From: Promethearchaeota archaeon
GTDB lineage: Archaea > Asgardarchaeota > Lokiarchaeia > Sigyniarchaeales > SOKP01
NCBI GenBank assembly: GCA_016840165.1
Contig: JAEOSU010000051.1
Location: 223,090 to 287,089, forward strand
Direction of reading: 5' to 3'
DNA length: 64,000 nucleotides
The position numbers were made by a program, and so were the translations under genes. The notes below the pieces were generated by a model that saw only the letters and a list, made by a program, of their open reading frames with translations, had not been told where the DNA came from and did no database searches. Below, piece by piece: positions 10,138-20,607 of this stretch; positions within the stretch are counted from its first letter, which is position 1, and each line of letters starts with the position of its first letter.

Positions 10138-11811
10138 GTGTTTGATAAAAATTATTTGTATAAAATTAATCAAGAGAAAGAGAAATGGGAAGAGAAATAT
10201 AAAGATGCGAAAGAACGGGATGTGAAATTTGTCACCGATTCTGAAATACCTATCAAGCGATTATATACTCCTTTAGATGTGAAAGGTGATTATTTAGGAA
10301 AGGTTGGATTTCCGGGCGAACTTCCTTATACTAGAGGGGTATACCCTACAATGTATCGTGGTCGACTATGGACGATGCGTCTCTTTTCAGGTCATGGAAC
10401 TCCTGAGGAGACTAATGAGCGCTGGAAATATTTATACGAAAATGGAGAGACAGGATTTAGCGCTGCTGTTGATGCGCTTACATTTAATGGAATTGATCCT
10501 ACAAATCCTGATGGAGCACCAGAAGTAGGAACTTCAGGAGTACCTTTATATTGCATTGATAGCTTATTTGCGCTCACCGAAGATATACCAATCGATAAAA
10601 TCAGTGTCGCATTAGTAGTAGAGCCTTTTACGAGTGCACCTGTATGTGCGATGTATTTTAATATGGCTAAAATGCGTGGTTATGAAATTAATCAACTAAT
10701 GGGTACTACTCAAAACGATATCTTAACAATGACCGTTGGATATATTCCATATAAAAATTGTCCTCCCAATCACTTGTTACGGATAGCTTGTGATTTTATT
10801 GAATGGACAGTGCCTCAGAAGAACGTTCCAAAATGGCACCCAATTAATTTCACGGGATATAATTATCGTGAAGGAGGTATAGATGCTGTTCAAGAGCTTG
10901 GATTTGTCTTCGCAAGTGCTTGTTCGCATATTGATAATTTAATTGCTCGGGGTTGGAAGATTGATGACTTTGTTAATCGTTTAGCTTTTCATTTGGCCGC
11001 ACATAAAGATTTTTTTGAAGAAATTGCAAAATATCGGGCAGCAAGGAGAATATGGGCTAAATTGATGAAAGATCGTTATAATGCTCAGGATCCTCATTCG
11101 CATCAATTTCGTTTTCACGTACAGACAGCTGGGAGTTCCCTTACAGCGCAATTGCCATTGGTTAATATCGTAAGAACGGCGATTCAAGGGTTAGAGGCAA
11201 CAATAGGAGGTTGCCAATCGCTTCATACCAATAGTTTTGATGAGGCAATATGTTTACCCAGTGAACAAGCAGCTTTAGTAGCATTACGTACTCAACAAGT
11301 TATTTCGGATGAGACTCGTATTGCTAATACTATCGACCCAATGGCAGGTTCCTATTTTGTTGAATGGCTTACTGATGAGATCGAAGAGAGAGTATGGAAA
11401 TATCTTGATAAGATTGAATCGGTAGGAACTATTGATAAAGCTTTATCTTCGGGTTGGTTATATAAAGAAATGCGTGATGCATTCCATAAACGGAGGATGC
11501 GTATTGAAAAAAGAGAGGAGATAATGTTAGGAGTAAATAAATATCCAATCTCTTATGATACGGTAACAGATGTATTTCGAACCAATCAAGAAGCTATAGA
11601 TATTGAAGTAAACCGAATCAATAAATTGAAAGAACGACGGGATAATGCAAAACTTGAAAGGATTTTAGATAAACTCCGTAAAGTCTGTGAAAAAGAAGAA
11701 AATGTTATGCCTGTTGTGATGGAAGCCACTAAGGAAGGTGCAACCGTACAAGAAGTCTGTGATATTTATCGTGAAATATGGGGTACCTGGGATCCACCAT
11801 TAGCAATTTAA
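10138..11811 (+). CDS. B12-dependent acyl-CoA mutase, large (substrate-binding) subunit, methylmalonyl-CoA mutase family
   Basis: PGELPYTRGVYPTMYRGRLWTMR, QND, EEIAKYRAARRIWA, HVQTAG, QSLHTNSFDEA, DPMAGSYFVE. Confidence 0.93.
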   Translation: MFDKNYLYKINQEKEKWEEKYKDAKERDVKFVTDSEIPIKRLYTPLDVKGDYLGKVGFPGELPYTRGVYPTMYRGRLWTMRLFSGHGTPEETNERWKYLYENGETGFSAAVDALTFNGIDPTNPDGAPEVGTSGVPLYCIDSLFALTEDIPIDKISVALVVEPFTSAPVCAMYFNMAKMRGYEINQLMGTTQNDILTMTVGYIPYKNCPPNHLLRIACDFIEWTVPQKNVPKWHPINFTGYNYREGGIDAVQELGFVFASACSHIDNLIARGWKIDDFVNRLAFHLAAHKDFFEEIAKYRAARRIWAKLMKDRYNAQDPHSHQFRFHVQTAGSSLTAQLPLVNIVRTAIQGLEATIGGCQSLHTNSFDEAICLPSEQAALVALRTQQVISDETRIANTIDPMAGSYFVEWLTDEIEERVWKYLDKIESVGTIDKALSSGWLYKEMRDAFHKRRMRIEKREEIMLGVNKYPISYDTVTDVFRTNQEAIDIEVNRINKLKERRDNAKLERILDKLRKVCEKEENVMPVVMEATKEGATVQEVCDIYREIWGTWDPPLAI

Positions 11812-11825
11812 CGGAGGTTTATCAT

Positions 11826-12224
11826 ATGTCACAGAAAAAAATTCGGGTTTTAATGTCTAAACCAGGGATTGATGGTCATTGGAGAGGTGGGATTGTTGTT
11901 TCAAGAGCGATTCGTGATGATGGGATGGAATTAATTTTCGGTGGATTTCAAAATGTTCAACAGATCGCAGAAGCAGCGATTCAAGAGGATGTAGACGTTA
12001 TTGGATTAAGTATTCATAGTGGGGCGCATTTTTCATATACCCAACAACTAATAGATCTTCTAAATGAAAAGGGTGTTTTGGATAATTTTATGATCTTGGT
12101 TGGTGGTGTTATTCCCGCGAAAGATTTTGATAAACTTCGGGAGATGGGTGTTGCTAATGTATACGGTCCAGGGTCAATGACTTCCGATATTGTAGAATTC
12201 ATAAAAGCACACGTCAAAAAATAA
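11826..12224 (+). CDS. Acyl-CoA mutase small (cobalamin-binding) subunit
   Basis: DxHxxG motif (IDGHWRG), QEDVDVIGLS, VGGVIP; start reassigned to ATG 11826 after RBS GGAGG. Confidence 0.92.
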   Translation: MSQKKIRVLMSKPGIDGHWRGGIVVSRAIRDDGMELIFGGFQNVQQIAEAAIQEDVDVIGLSIHSGAHFSYTQQLIDLLNEKGVLDNFMILVGGVIPAKDFDKLREMGVANVYGPGSMTSDIVEFIKAHVKK

Positions 12225-12298
12225 AAAAGAAATAATTTTATACTTTTATTCTATTTTTTAAAAATTTATTTGAAAAAAGGAAAAAACAACGATTTATT

Positions 12299-14038
12299 TT
12301 ATTCATTCATTTCATAAGCATCCTTTAGCGAGTGAACAATCTTCCATACTTTATCAAAACGTTCTGGGTCGACATTGGGTTTTTTAATCATCTTCAAACA
12401 CCATTCCATCTGTTTAGGGGTAGTACTAGATTTATGATATAAATTTAATGCGTATTTAGAGAAGTCTCTTACTAGAAAATCAAATATTTGGTCTATAGTG
12501 TCTTCATCAATATTGTATATTTTTGCATTTTCTATAATTAAATGAGCATATACGATAAGAGAAAAGATCTCTCCGATTCCTGAAAGCATGAAGTCCATAT
12601 CCTTTTGTTGTTTAGCACTAGGCATAGCTTTAACTCCCATAAGATTAAACATCTTAATTTGTTCTAGAAAGATTTTAACATTTGGTAGATCAAATTGCTC
12701 AAACGCTGGTTTCCAGTCATGAAGTCGAATCTTTCCTAACCCACGAGTTGGTCCCTGATTGAAAAGATAGGTGTCGTCTTTTACTTGATCTTGTCTTGGT
12801 ACTTCCTCATATTTCTTATGATTCATGAAGAAATTTAACATGAACTTCAAAATTAACGCAATATTTACGTGAACTGTCCCTTCAAGCTTAGGTAATGCAC
12901 GTATATCCCTTGCAGCACTTTCAAAATACATATCTTTTTCAAAACCTTTCGCAGCGATAACATCCCATAAGAGATTTATAACTTCCTCTCCCTGAGTAGT
13001 AGTTTTCATCTTCATTACTGGTGCATACAGTAAATATCTGCGGTCATCATCGGATGCGATTCTCATATAATCAGCTGTTCTTAAGCCAAATAATTTCATT
13101 GCTACCAGACGGGTGTACGCATCAACAAAGTTCTGTTTTACGTGTTGAAAATCAGTGACATACATCTTATAGAGCCTTCGATGAGCAGCGTGATGAATTG
13201 CTTCATAAAATGCATGTGTACATATCCCTATTGAAGCCCAACCTAAATTATATTTACCTACGTTTACAGTATTAAGAGATGCATTCCAAGCATCCTCTCC
13301 CTTAGAAAGAATATCTTCCTCGGTTATGGGATAATCATGGAGTGCAAAATTTGCAACGTAATTTTGACTATCACAGACATTCTTTATTAACTCATAGTTT
13401 TTGTTTTTATAATTAGCAACAAAAAAAACATATTGATCTTTGTTTTTCATATCATAGGGTGGAATATTTCCTTGCTCATCAGCAAATTTCCCAAAGTTTG
13501 AAACCATTTCTGCCTCATTACCATTGCCAATGTAATATTTTTCTCCATTTGCTCTATAGGTATCATCTTTTTGAGGAGTTAATGACATTTCAGTTCCGTA
13601 AATATCGGCCCCATGCGCTTGCTCGGATAATCCGAAAGCAAAAATAGCGCCTTCTTTTAATAATTTGGCAGCCTTCTCCTTTGCCTTTTCATTTTTACTC
13701 ATCCAAATAGGCCCTAATCCTAAAATTGTCACTTGCCAAGTATACCAATAACTTAATCCATAAAATGCAAGTATTTCATTGAATTCGCAGATTCTCCATG
13801 TATCCCATCGAAAATTTTCATTCTCTCCATATTGAGAAGGAGTCAATAGATTAGCAAAAACATTATAATTTTTTTGGAATTCTAAAAAATCAGAATACCA
13901 GACTCTTTTATGATCGTCTTCCTTTAATTTTGCTTTTCCTTTATTTTCGAAGAATTCAATCGTTTTAAGCATGATTTCCCTTGATCTCGCATCTGGATAA
14001 TACCGTTTATGTTGTTTTGGATTTAATAAAATTGTCAT
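12299..14038 (-). CDS. Acyl-CoA dehydrogenase family protein (long form)
   Basis: FGLSEQAHGAD, GEKYYIGNG, KGFEKD..F, LPKLEGT. Confidence 0.88.
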   Translation of the reverse strand: MTILLNPKQHKRYYPDARSREIMLKTIEFFENKGKAKLKEDDHKRVWYSDFLEFQKNYNVFANLLTPSQYGENENFRWDTWRICEFNEILAFYGLSYWYTWQVTILGLGPIWMSKNEKAKEKAAKLLKEGAIFAFGLSEQAHGADIYGTEMSLTPQKDDTYRANGEKYYIGNGNEAEMVSNFGKFADEQGNIPPYDMKNKDQYVFFVANYKNKNYELIKNVCDSQNYVANFALHDYPITEEDILSKGEDAWNASLNTVNVGKYNLGWASIGICTHAFYEAIHHAAHRRLYKMYVTDFQHVKQNFVDAYTRLVAMKLFGLRTADYMRIASDDDRRYLLYAPVMKMKTTTQGEEVINLLWDVIAAKGFEKDMYFESAARDIRALPKLEGTVHVNIALILKFMLNFFMNHKKYEEVPRQDQVKDDTYLFNQGPTRGLGKIRLHDWKPAFEQFDLPNVKIFLEQIKMFNLMGVKAMPSAKQQKDMDFMLSGIGEIFSLIVYAHLIIENAKIYNIDEDTIDQIFDFLVRDFSKYALNLYHKSSTTPKQMEWCLKMIKKPNVDPERFDKVWKIVHSLKDAYEMNE

Positions 14039-14232
14039 AATTATCTTAAACTTTTTAATTATTAATTATCTTTTAGAATCATTATTTCAAAATTAACTTT
14101 TTTAATGTTTTACTTCTATTGAAATTCACTCTTTAAGGATATCGATTTTTATAGAAAAGATAAAAAAGAAATGATATATTTTCATATCTAAGTTAGAAGT
14201 TATTTTTTTGAAGTTCTGAAGGTCTATTATTC

Positions 14233-15210
14233 ATGAAAACTGAATATGATATTGAATCCTTGATTACGAGGTTTAAACAAAAGGATAAGGTTGCGTTAGC
14301 GAAATTAATTACTATAATTGAAAATGAGCCAGATAAAGCCTCAGAAATTTTTAAGCATTTTGAAGAGCTAAAGCATGATTCCTATATCGTTGGAGTTACG
14401 GGTTCACCCGGTGTTGGAAAAAGTACTCTCACAGGGGCTATATCTCAAAAGATACTTGATGAAGGTAAATATATAGGAATCATCTCAGTTGATCCTACCT
14501 CACCTTTTAGCGGAGGAGCGTTCTTAGGAGATCGAGTGCGTATGACTAACATAACCTTACACCCCAATCTTTTCATGAGAAGTCTTGCATCGCGTGGTTA
14601 TAAAGGAGGAATATCACGAGCCGTATTTGATATCAGTATGCTTTATGAAGCATTTGGTATGGATCTAATTATCATTGAAACCGTTGGAGTGGGACAAGCA
14701 GAATTTGATATCTACAATTTAGCTTATACTATTGTAGTTGTTTTAGTCCCTGGATATGGTGATGCTATTCAAATGCAGAAAGCGGGAATCATTGAAATTG
14801 GAGATATATATGATGTGAATAAAAAGGATCTCGGTGGGGAAGATATTGCGGTACATATCGAAATGATGCTGGATGATACTACTTTTCAGAGTGGTTGGAG
14901 ACCACCGGTTTCAATGACTGACGCAATTACAGGAGAGGGCGTGGATGACCTTATTCAAAATATATGGGACCATAAAGAACATGTAGAATTATCTGATCTT
15001 ATCAATGAAAAGAAAAAGAATCGCTTTAAATATAAGATAAAAGAACTCATTTATTCAAAAGTGGAAGAATTAATCTTTAAAAGCCTTATTAATGAACAAG
15101 AGATTGACAGTATTATAGAAAATGCTCTAAATAATAGCAAATTTAAAATGTATCAAGATATTCATAAGAAGTTCGAATCAGTAGATTTTACGATAAAAAA
15201 GGAAAGCTAG
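14233..15210 (+). CDS. meaB: MeaB/ArgK G-protein chaperone of B12-dependent mutase
   Basis: GVTGSPGVGKST, VDPTSPFSGGAFLGDRVRM, ETVGVGQ, NKKD. Confidence 0.93.
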   Translation: MKTEYDIESLITRFKQKDKVALAKLITIIENEPDKASEIFKHFEELKHDSYIVGVTGSPGVGKSTLTGAISQKILDEGKYIGIISVDPTSPFSGGAFLGDRVRMTNITLHPNLFMRSLASRGYKGGISRAVFDISMLYEAFGMDLIIIETVGVGQAEFDIYNLAYTIVVVLVPGYGDAIQMQKAGIIEIGDIYDVNKKDLGGEDIAVHIEMMLDDTTFQSGWRPPVSMTDAITGEGVDDLIQNIWDHKEHVELSDLINEKKKNRFKYKIKELIYSKVEELIFKSLINEQEIDSIIENALNNSKFKMYQDIHKKFESVDFTIKKES

Positions 15211-15306
15211 GGTAATAATCTAATTATAATTCTCTTTATAATGTATTATTTAGCATTAATCATCTAACTATTAAACTTAAAATGTAATGCTTGAGTTTAT
15301 AAACCT

Positions 15307-16089
15307 ATGTCTGAAGAATTAATTCATTATAATGTAAAACTTCGTATAGCAGAAATTATTATCGATCGTCCTGATAAAGCTCATGCTTTTAATGTAGATA
15401 TGTTAAAGTTGCTCTATAATTACTTAATCGAAGCAGATAAAGATGAGAAAGTGAAATACATCCTAATTAAAAGCACTGGGACAAGATTTTTTTCTGCTGG
15501 ATATGATTTAAAACAAATACAAGGTTCTCCTGAAAATGTTAAACAGGTCACTGAATGGGGAAGAAAAGTAAATGAGACTATGCTCTTCTTAAAAAAACCA
15601 ATTATCACCCAAGTTCAAGGCATTGCTGTTGGATTTGGAGTTCTAATGATTTTGGCATCTGATCTAAGAATCTTTGCCGATCGACCAAAAGAGGAATTAT
15701 ATTTGCGTCTTCCTGAGCTTGCTATTTCAGCTTTTCCCCAAACTGGCGCAACATTGCTTCCATTATTAGCTTTTGGTCTAAGTTATGCCAAATATATGTT
15801 ATTTACAGCTGATAAGGTTGGATTAGATGACTTAAGAAACCTCAATTTTCCAACGCGCGTTTTTCCTCTTGAGAATTTAGATGCTAATACAAAAACTTTC
15901 ATGAGTGATTTGGTGAAATATAAGAATGAGTTTATTTTTTCTACTAAAACCATGCTCTCCATCATGAATAAGACATATATTAAATCCTGTTTTGATTTAG
16001 AAGACGAATGTGGAACAATAGCATACGCCAATAAACCATATGAGGAATTGAGCGAATTTATAGGAAATTTATATAAAAAATATACATAA
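15307..16089 (+). CDS. Enoyl-CoA hydratase/isomerase (crotonase) family protein, divergent
   Basis: DRPDKAHAF, FFSAGYDL, KPIITQVQGIAVGFG, LPE; the first catalytic Glu position is not conserved. Confidence 0.82.
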   Translation: MSEELIHYNVKLRIAEIIIDRPDKAHAFNVDMLKLLYNYLIEADKDEKVKYILIKSTGTRFFSAGYDLKQIQGSPENVKQVTEWGRKVNETMLFLKKPIITQVQGIAVGFGVLMILASDLRIFADRPKEELYLRLPELAISAFPQTGATLLPLLAFGLSYAKYMLFTADKVGLDDLRNLNFPTRVFPLENLDANTKTFMSDLVKYKNEFIFSTKTMLSIMNKTYIKSCFDLEDECGTIAYANKPYEELSEFIGNLYKKYT

Positions 16090-16200
16090 ATCCTTGTTTT
16101 TAATTTCTTTTCATTTTATGTAATTGTTCGATAAGTGCACCAATTTATTTATAAAGGACAGGGAATACTTTTCATCTGAATAGATTTAGGAGTGTAAGAA

Positions 16201-16803
16201 GTGAAAATAGATAAAATTATAACATCAATAAAGGAATTTTTTATAACAATTGGATGGTTGACAATCCCTCTTTTTCAGTATATCCCTTGTGCTTCAGTTT
16301 GGTTTGGTATTATGAGTTTGCCACTGATCGGATATTTGTTCTTCTTTATTTCGACGCCTATGATTGCAAAAAGTGATTTTGAATTCTTTTTAGGATATGG
16401 TTTCCCATGGAGCATCATTGCGATAATTAGTGGATTCATATTTCTATTTTGTCTTGGTTATCAATTAGTTAATCGTAAAAAATTAATTTTAAAGGGACCA
16501 TATAAATATTCTCGCCATCCACAATATTTAGCAATAATTATTATGACGTTTAGTTTATCAATGATTTCATTAAATACAAGTCCAATTAATCCTTTCAGCT
16601 CAAATATCGAATTCAGCCGAGTTTTAATATTTTTTATATGGTTTATAGAAACTATTGCTTATATATTACTAGCAAAATTAGAAGAATTTTGGTTAGAAAA
16701 GAAATATGGAGACATGTACAATCAATATAAGCAATCCGTTAGTTTTATGCTTCCATTTACAAAATTTTTTCGCGAAAAACTAAAAATTGTGGTTACTATT
16801 TAA
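16201..16803 (+). CDS. Isoprenylcysteine carboxyl methyltransferase / PEMT-like membrane methyltransferase
   Basis: TM protein with LILKGPYKYSRHPQY and EE..L..KYG..Y..Y motifs. Confidence 0.8.
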   Translation: MKIDKIITSIKEFFITIGWLTIPLFQYIPCASVWFGIMSLPLIGYLFFFISTPMIAKSDFEFFLGYGFPWSIIAIISGFIFLFCLGYQLVNRKKLILKGPYKYSRHPQYLAIIIMTFSLSMISLNTSPINPFSSNIEFSRVLIFFIWFIETIAYILLAKLEEFWLEKKYGDMYNQYKQSVSFMLPFTKFFREKLKIVVTI

Positions 16804-16872
16804 AATATGTAAATACGAATTCTTCCATTAAAACAATAGGAATGGATAAGAAAGGGAAGAAATTGAATCATT

Positions 16873-17583
16873 ATGAGAGAAATTAAGCCAAAAAATAGCA
16901 AATTGGTAGTAATTCTTCTTATAACAATACCAATATCTCTTTTTTTAGTTATTTTAATTTTAATTCAAATAATTTCATTGTATAATGAGACATTTGGGCA
17001 AATCGAGAGACCTCTTTTAGGGTTTATAATTGTTATATTGTTGCTGTTATTCATTGTGCTATTAGCATTCACAATTGTTTTATCTGTAAACGAATATCAC
17101 AATCGTATGATTCGAAGAGTAGCATCCTATAATAATCATCCAAATTTGACATTGGAGGAGATCTTTGAAAATGAACACCGAAAAAAAATTATTAAGTGCA
17201 TATTGAATGATCCTGGTATTCATCATAATGAATTGTTAAGGCAATGTGATTTACAGAAAGGACAGTTGCAATGGCATCTAAATGTTTTACTAAATAATAA
17301 AATCATCCATAAGGAAAAGTTTGGCCAATATAGCCTATATTTTCCATCGTTAAATGAAATAGAGAAAGCGGAAGGATTCATAAATGGAATAGCAAAATCG
17401 GATAATACCACTAAGATCTATGAAATTATTAAAAAAAAGCCCGGGATTACCTCCTCAGAAATTTCTGATGAGATCCAGATAGCCAGAAATACAGTCAAAT
17501 ACCACATCGATAAATTATCAAATAATAATTTAATAGTATTGAAGAAAAGTGGTAGAAAGAAAAAATTGTATTTAAAACAATAA
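16873..17583 (+). CDS. Membrane-anchored transcriptional regulator with tandem winged HTH domains
   Basis: Two N-terminal TM helices; PGIHHNEL...LQWHL and PGITSSEI...VKYHI HTH motifs. Confidence 0.8.
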   Translation: MREIKPKNSKLVVILLITIPISLFLVILILIQIISLYNETFGQIERPLLGFIIVILLLLFIVLLAFTIVLSVNEYHNRMIRRVASYNNHPNLTLEEIFENEHRKKIIKCILNDPGIHHNELLRQCDLQKGQLQWHLNVLLNNKIIHKEKFGQYSLYFPSLNEIEKAEGFINGIAKSDNTTKIYEIIKKKPGITSSEISDEIQIARNTVKYHIDKLSNNNLIVLKKSGRKKKLYLKQ

Positions 17584-17593
17584 ATTGTTGTTT

Positions 17594-18475
17594 TTAATGT
17601 TTTATAAGTTTCGGAAACCTTATTTCCATTTCAATTTCTTTTTGAATAATCTTATCTAATAATTCTTCTCTCTCGGCACCTGAAAGTACTTCTAGCTTTC
17701 TAATGCTCAAAGGATCCACCTTTTCCCTTAATAGTCTAATTTCCTTAACTGTAGGTGGTTTAGTCTCTGTTAAATTTTTATCAATTAATAAATCAAAGCC
17801 AGTTGATTCCTTTACTTCTTCAACAGTAATTCCTGGGTGTGTCGTTCTTAACTTCATCCTTCTAGTTTTCATGTCGAAATCTAAGTATGCTAAGTTGGTA
17901 ATAACGCATTGAGGTCCTGCTCCTTCACATATAGATTGTCGTCCTCCAGGGAATCCAACACCCGATATGAAGAATAATTTCTCGGTGGGAACAAATGTGC
18001 GATTATCATGTCTTGGTGTGTAGAGAAATGACCCTCGAGTATAAAACATGCTAAAATCAGCTATTCCGGCGCATCCTGGTAAACGTAGTTTTGGTTTACT
18101 CCATTCACCGATACAAATGTTATTTGTATTTCCAAATTGGTCAACTTGGGCGGGTCTAAAAAACTCAATGGTAGTCAACTTTTCAGAAGGCAGCGATTCA
18201 AGAGTGCACTCTCCTGAGTTTTGAAATCGATAAGCTCTTGCAGTATTCATCTCCAAGTAGAGTAATGAAACTTGACGTGCCTGATTCACAAAAGTATTTC
18301 CCATAATATAATGATATATAGCGTCAGGAGCATGTGTTAATTTAGCTAAAGTAAACGCAGACCATACCATTGGGGTTGCTACTCCAACAATCATCACATC
18401 ATCATTTCGTACTTCTCTTGACATTAGCACTGTCATTAACTCATCAATCGAATAATCTTTTGACGTTTCACTCAT
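17594..18475 (-). CDS. Class I CoA-transferase-like beta subunit (GctB/IpdB-like)
   Basis: AQVDQFGNTN, IGEWSKPKLRLPG..G, VITNLAYLDFD, HPG.TVEEV..STGF.L. Confidence 0.85.
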   Translation of the reverse strand: MSETSKDYSIDELMTVLMSREVRNDDVMIVGVATPMVWSAFTLAKLTHAPDAIYHYIMGNTFVNQARQVSLLYLEMNTARAYRFQNSGECTLESLPSEKLTTIEFFRPAQVDQFGNTNNICIGEWSKPKLRLPGCAGIADFSMFYTRGSFLYTPRHDNRTFVPTEKLFFISGVGFPGGRQSICEGAGPQCVITNLAYLDFDMKTRRMKLRTTHPGITVEEVKESTGFDLLIDKNLTETKPPTVKEIRLLREKVDPLSIRKLEVLSGAEREELLDKIIQKEIEMEIRFPKLIKH

Positions 18476-18617
18476 TTATTCTTCACTCGAATTATAATCA
18501 TTATAGAATTTTGACTTAGGTAAGGTAATATCAATTAAAGATTTTATTCATTATATATAAAAGACTTTAGATCTTATTAAAAATCAATCTTTTAATGCAA
18601 ATTTAAAACTAAGAAAT

Positions 18618-19220
18618 ATGTACATTGCCTGTTTTGATTTAGAGGGAGTTTTTACCCCTGAAGTTTGGATTGAAGTAAGTAACTCTACTGGGATTGATGA
18701 GCTTAAGCTAACAACAAGAGACATTTCGGACTATGATGTACTTATGAAAAACCGAATCGATTTATTGAAGAAATATCATGTCACCTTGAAAGAAATTCAA
18801 GAAGTAATTATGAATATGAAATTATTACCAGGAGCAAAAAAGTTTCTTGATGAAATACGCCCTATCGTTCAGGTGGCGATCCTAACAGACAGTTTTATGG
18901 AGTTCGTTGATCCATTCCTAAAAAAATTGGGCTATCCTGTCTGTTTTTGCCATAGTCTTGAAATTGGTAAAAAGGGACTGATCACAAATTATAAGATCCG
19001 CATTGAAGATATGAAACGACAGACCATTTTAGCTCTTAAAAGCTTAAATTATGAAATAATAGCAACTGGAGATTCTTATAATGATGTTCCAATGTTACAT
19101 GAAGCAGACCATGGTATCTTCTTTAGACCTCCTAACAAAGTAATTGATGAATTCCCACAATTTCCGGTAGCTAAAGAATATCCTGAATTAAAACGTTTAA
19201 TCTTCAATTATTTAGGCTAA
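18618..19220 (+). CDS. thrH: Phosphoserine phosphatase / homoserine phosphotransferase (HAD)
   Basis: ACFDLEGVFTPEVW, TTRDISDYDVLM, GDSYND; lies next to thrC/hom. Confidence 0.9.
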   Translation: MYIACFDLEGVFTPEVWIEVSNSTGIDELKLTTRDISDYDVLMKNRIDLLKKYHVTLKEIQEVIMNMKLLPGAKKFLDEIRPIVQVAILTDSFMEFVDPFLKKLGYPVCFCHSLEIGKKGLITNYKIRIEDMKRQTILALKSLNYEIIATGDSYNDVPMLHEADHGIFFRPPNKVIDEFPQFPVAKEYPELKRLIFNYLG

Positions 19221-19237
19221 TCTAATTAATGTCATAT

Positions 19238-20596
19238 TTATAAAGAGAATTTTTCTATTAAATAATTCTTGAAATCTTTATACTCTTTAATTATTTTTTG
19301 GTCAAGGAATTCTTTCCTTTTTGTCATCTTTTTTAAAGAATTTGGCATCTCTGGGGTGACATTAGTCAATGAAATTATCTCATTTGGAAATTTTGATGGA
19401 TGAGCAGTTTCAAATGTTATTGATTTAAGATTATTATGTTCTGGATAAGTTTTGCGAAAAATATTAATAGCAGCCCAGCCTACAGCACCATGGGGCTCGA
19501 TTATTTTCTGATAGTTGTTAAAAAAACTAATGATGGTCTCTCTAGTAGAATTATCGTTTATTGAATATGAAATGATATCTTTACGAATTTCGTCTATATC
19601 TGGTAGATGATGAACTTTTCCAGTCTCATCTATTCTACCTCCGTAAAGATCAAATATTCTTGCCAAATTAGAAGGATGACCCACATTCATAGCATTAGAA
19701 ATACAATTTTTTGAAGGCTCGATTTTTTTATAAATTCCGGTTTTTAAAAATTGAGGAAATTCATCGTTCTCATTGACAGCTGAAATAAATCTCTTAACAG
19801 GGAGCCCCATTCTCTTAGCGATTAAACCTGCTGTAAGATTTCCGAAATTACCAGAAGGTACAGAAAACAATATCTCCTCGTTTTTTCTTTCAATAATACG
19901 CGAATAACTCCAGAAATAATATAGCGTTTGAGGGAATAAACGACCAAAATTTATCGAATTCGCAGAAGATAAGTTAAGTTGCTTTAAGTCTCCATCAGCA
20001 AAGGCATTCTTTACTAATCTTTGACAATCGTCAAATTTCCCATCAATCCCTAAAGTAATGACATTTCTACCTAAGGTAGTCATTTGTTTTCTTTGTAGAG
20101 TAGTGATTTCATTCCGGGGATATAAAACCACCACTTTAATTCTGGGCATTTTATAAAAAGCCTGCGCAACCGCGCCTCCTGTATCTCCTGAGGTCGCAGT
20201 CAAAATAGTTAAATTTTTATTATCATTTTCAAGGAAATATTCCATTATCGTAGCTAGTATTCTAGCTCCAAAATCTTTGAAGCTACAGGTAGGACCATTA
20301 TCTAAATAACATATATAATCATTATTTTCAACTTTTTCTATAGGAATTTTAAAATTTAGAGCTTCATTAATGATCTTTTTGAGATCCGCTTTTTTTATAC
20401 TATTCTCTATGAATCTAGAAATAATATTAAGAGCAATCTCAATAAAATTCATGTTTCTAAAAGAATAAAGAGTCTCTTGATCAATTCTTGGAATTTCATT
20501 TAGCATATATAAACCATTATCGATAGCTTGCCCTTTCAGAATTGCAGTTTTAAAATCTATCTCCCCTGAATTATAATTAGTAGAATGGAATTTCAT
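19238..20596 (-). CDS. thrC: Threonine synthase
   Basis: GPTCSFKDFG (PLP lysine), ATSGDTG, SANSIN, VPSGNFGN, TAHPSKF. Confidence 0.93.
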   Translation of the reverse strand: MKFHSTNYNSGEIDFKTAILKGQAIDNGLYMLNEIPRIDQETLYSFRNMNFIEIALNIISRFIENSIKKADLKKIINEALNFKIPIEKVENNDYICYLDNGPTCSFKDFGARILATIMEYFLENDNKNLTILTATSGDTGGAVAQAFYKMPRIKVVVLYPRNEITTLQRKQMTTLGRNVITLGIDGKFDDCQRLVKNAFADGDLKQLNLSSANSINFGRLFPQTLYYFWSYSRIIERKNEEILFSVPSGNFGNLTAGLIAKRMGLPVKRFISAVNENDEFPQFLKTGIYKKIEPSKNCISNAMNVGHPSNLARIFDLYGGRIDETGKVHHLPDIDEIRKDIISYSINDNSTRETIISFFNNYQKIIEPHGAVGWAAINIFRKTYPEHNNLKSITFETAHPSKFPNEIISLTNVTPEMPNSLKKMTKRKEFLDQKIIKEYKDFKNYLIEKFSL

Positions 20597-20607
20597 TTTA
20601 CATCTCT

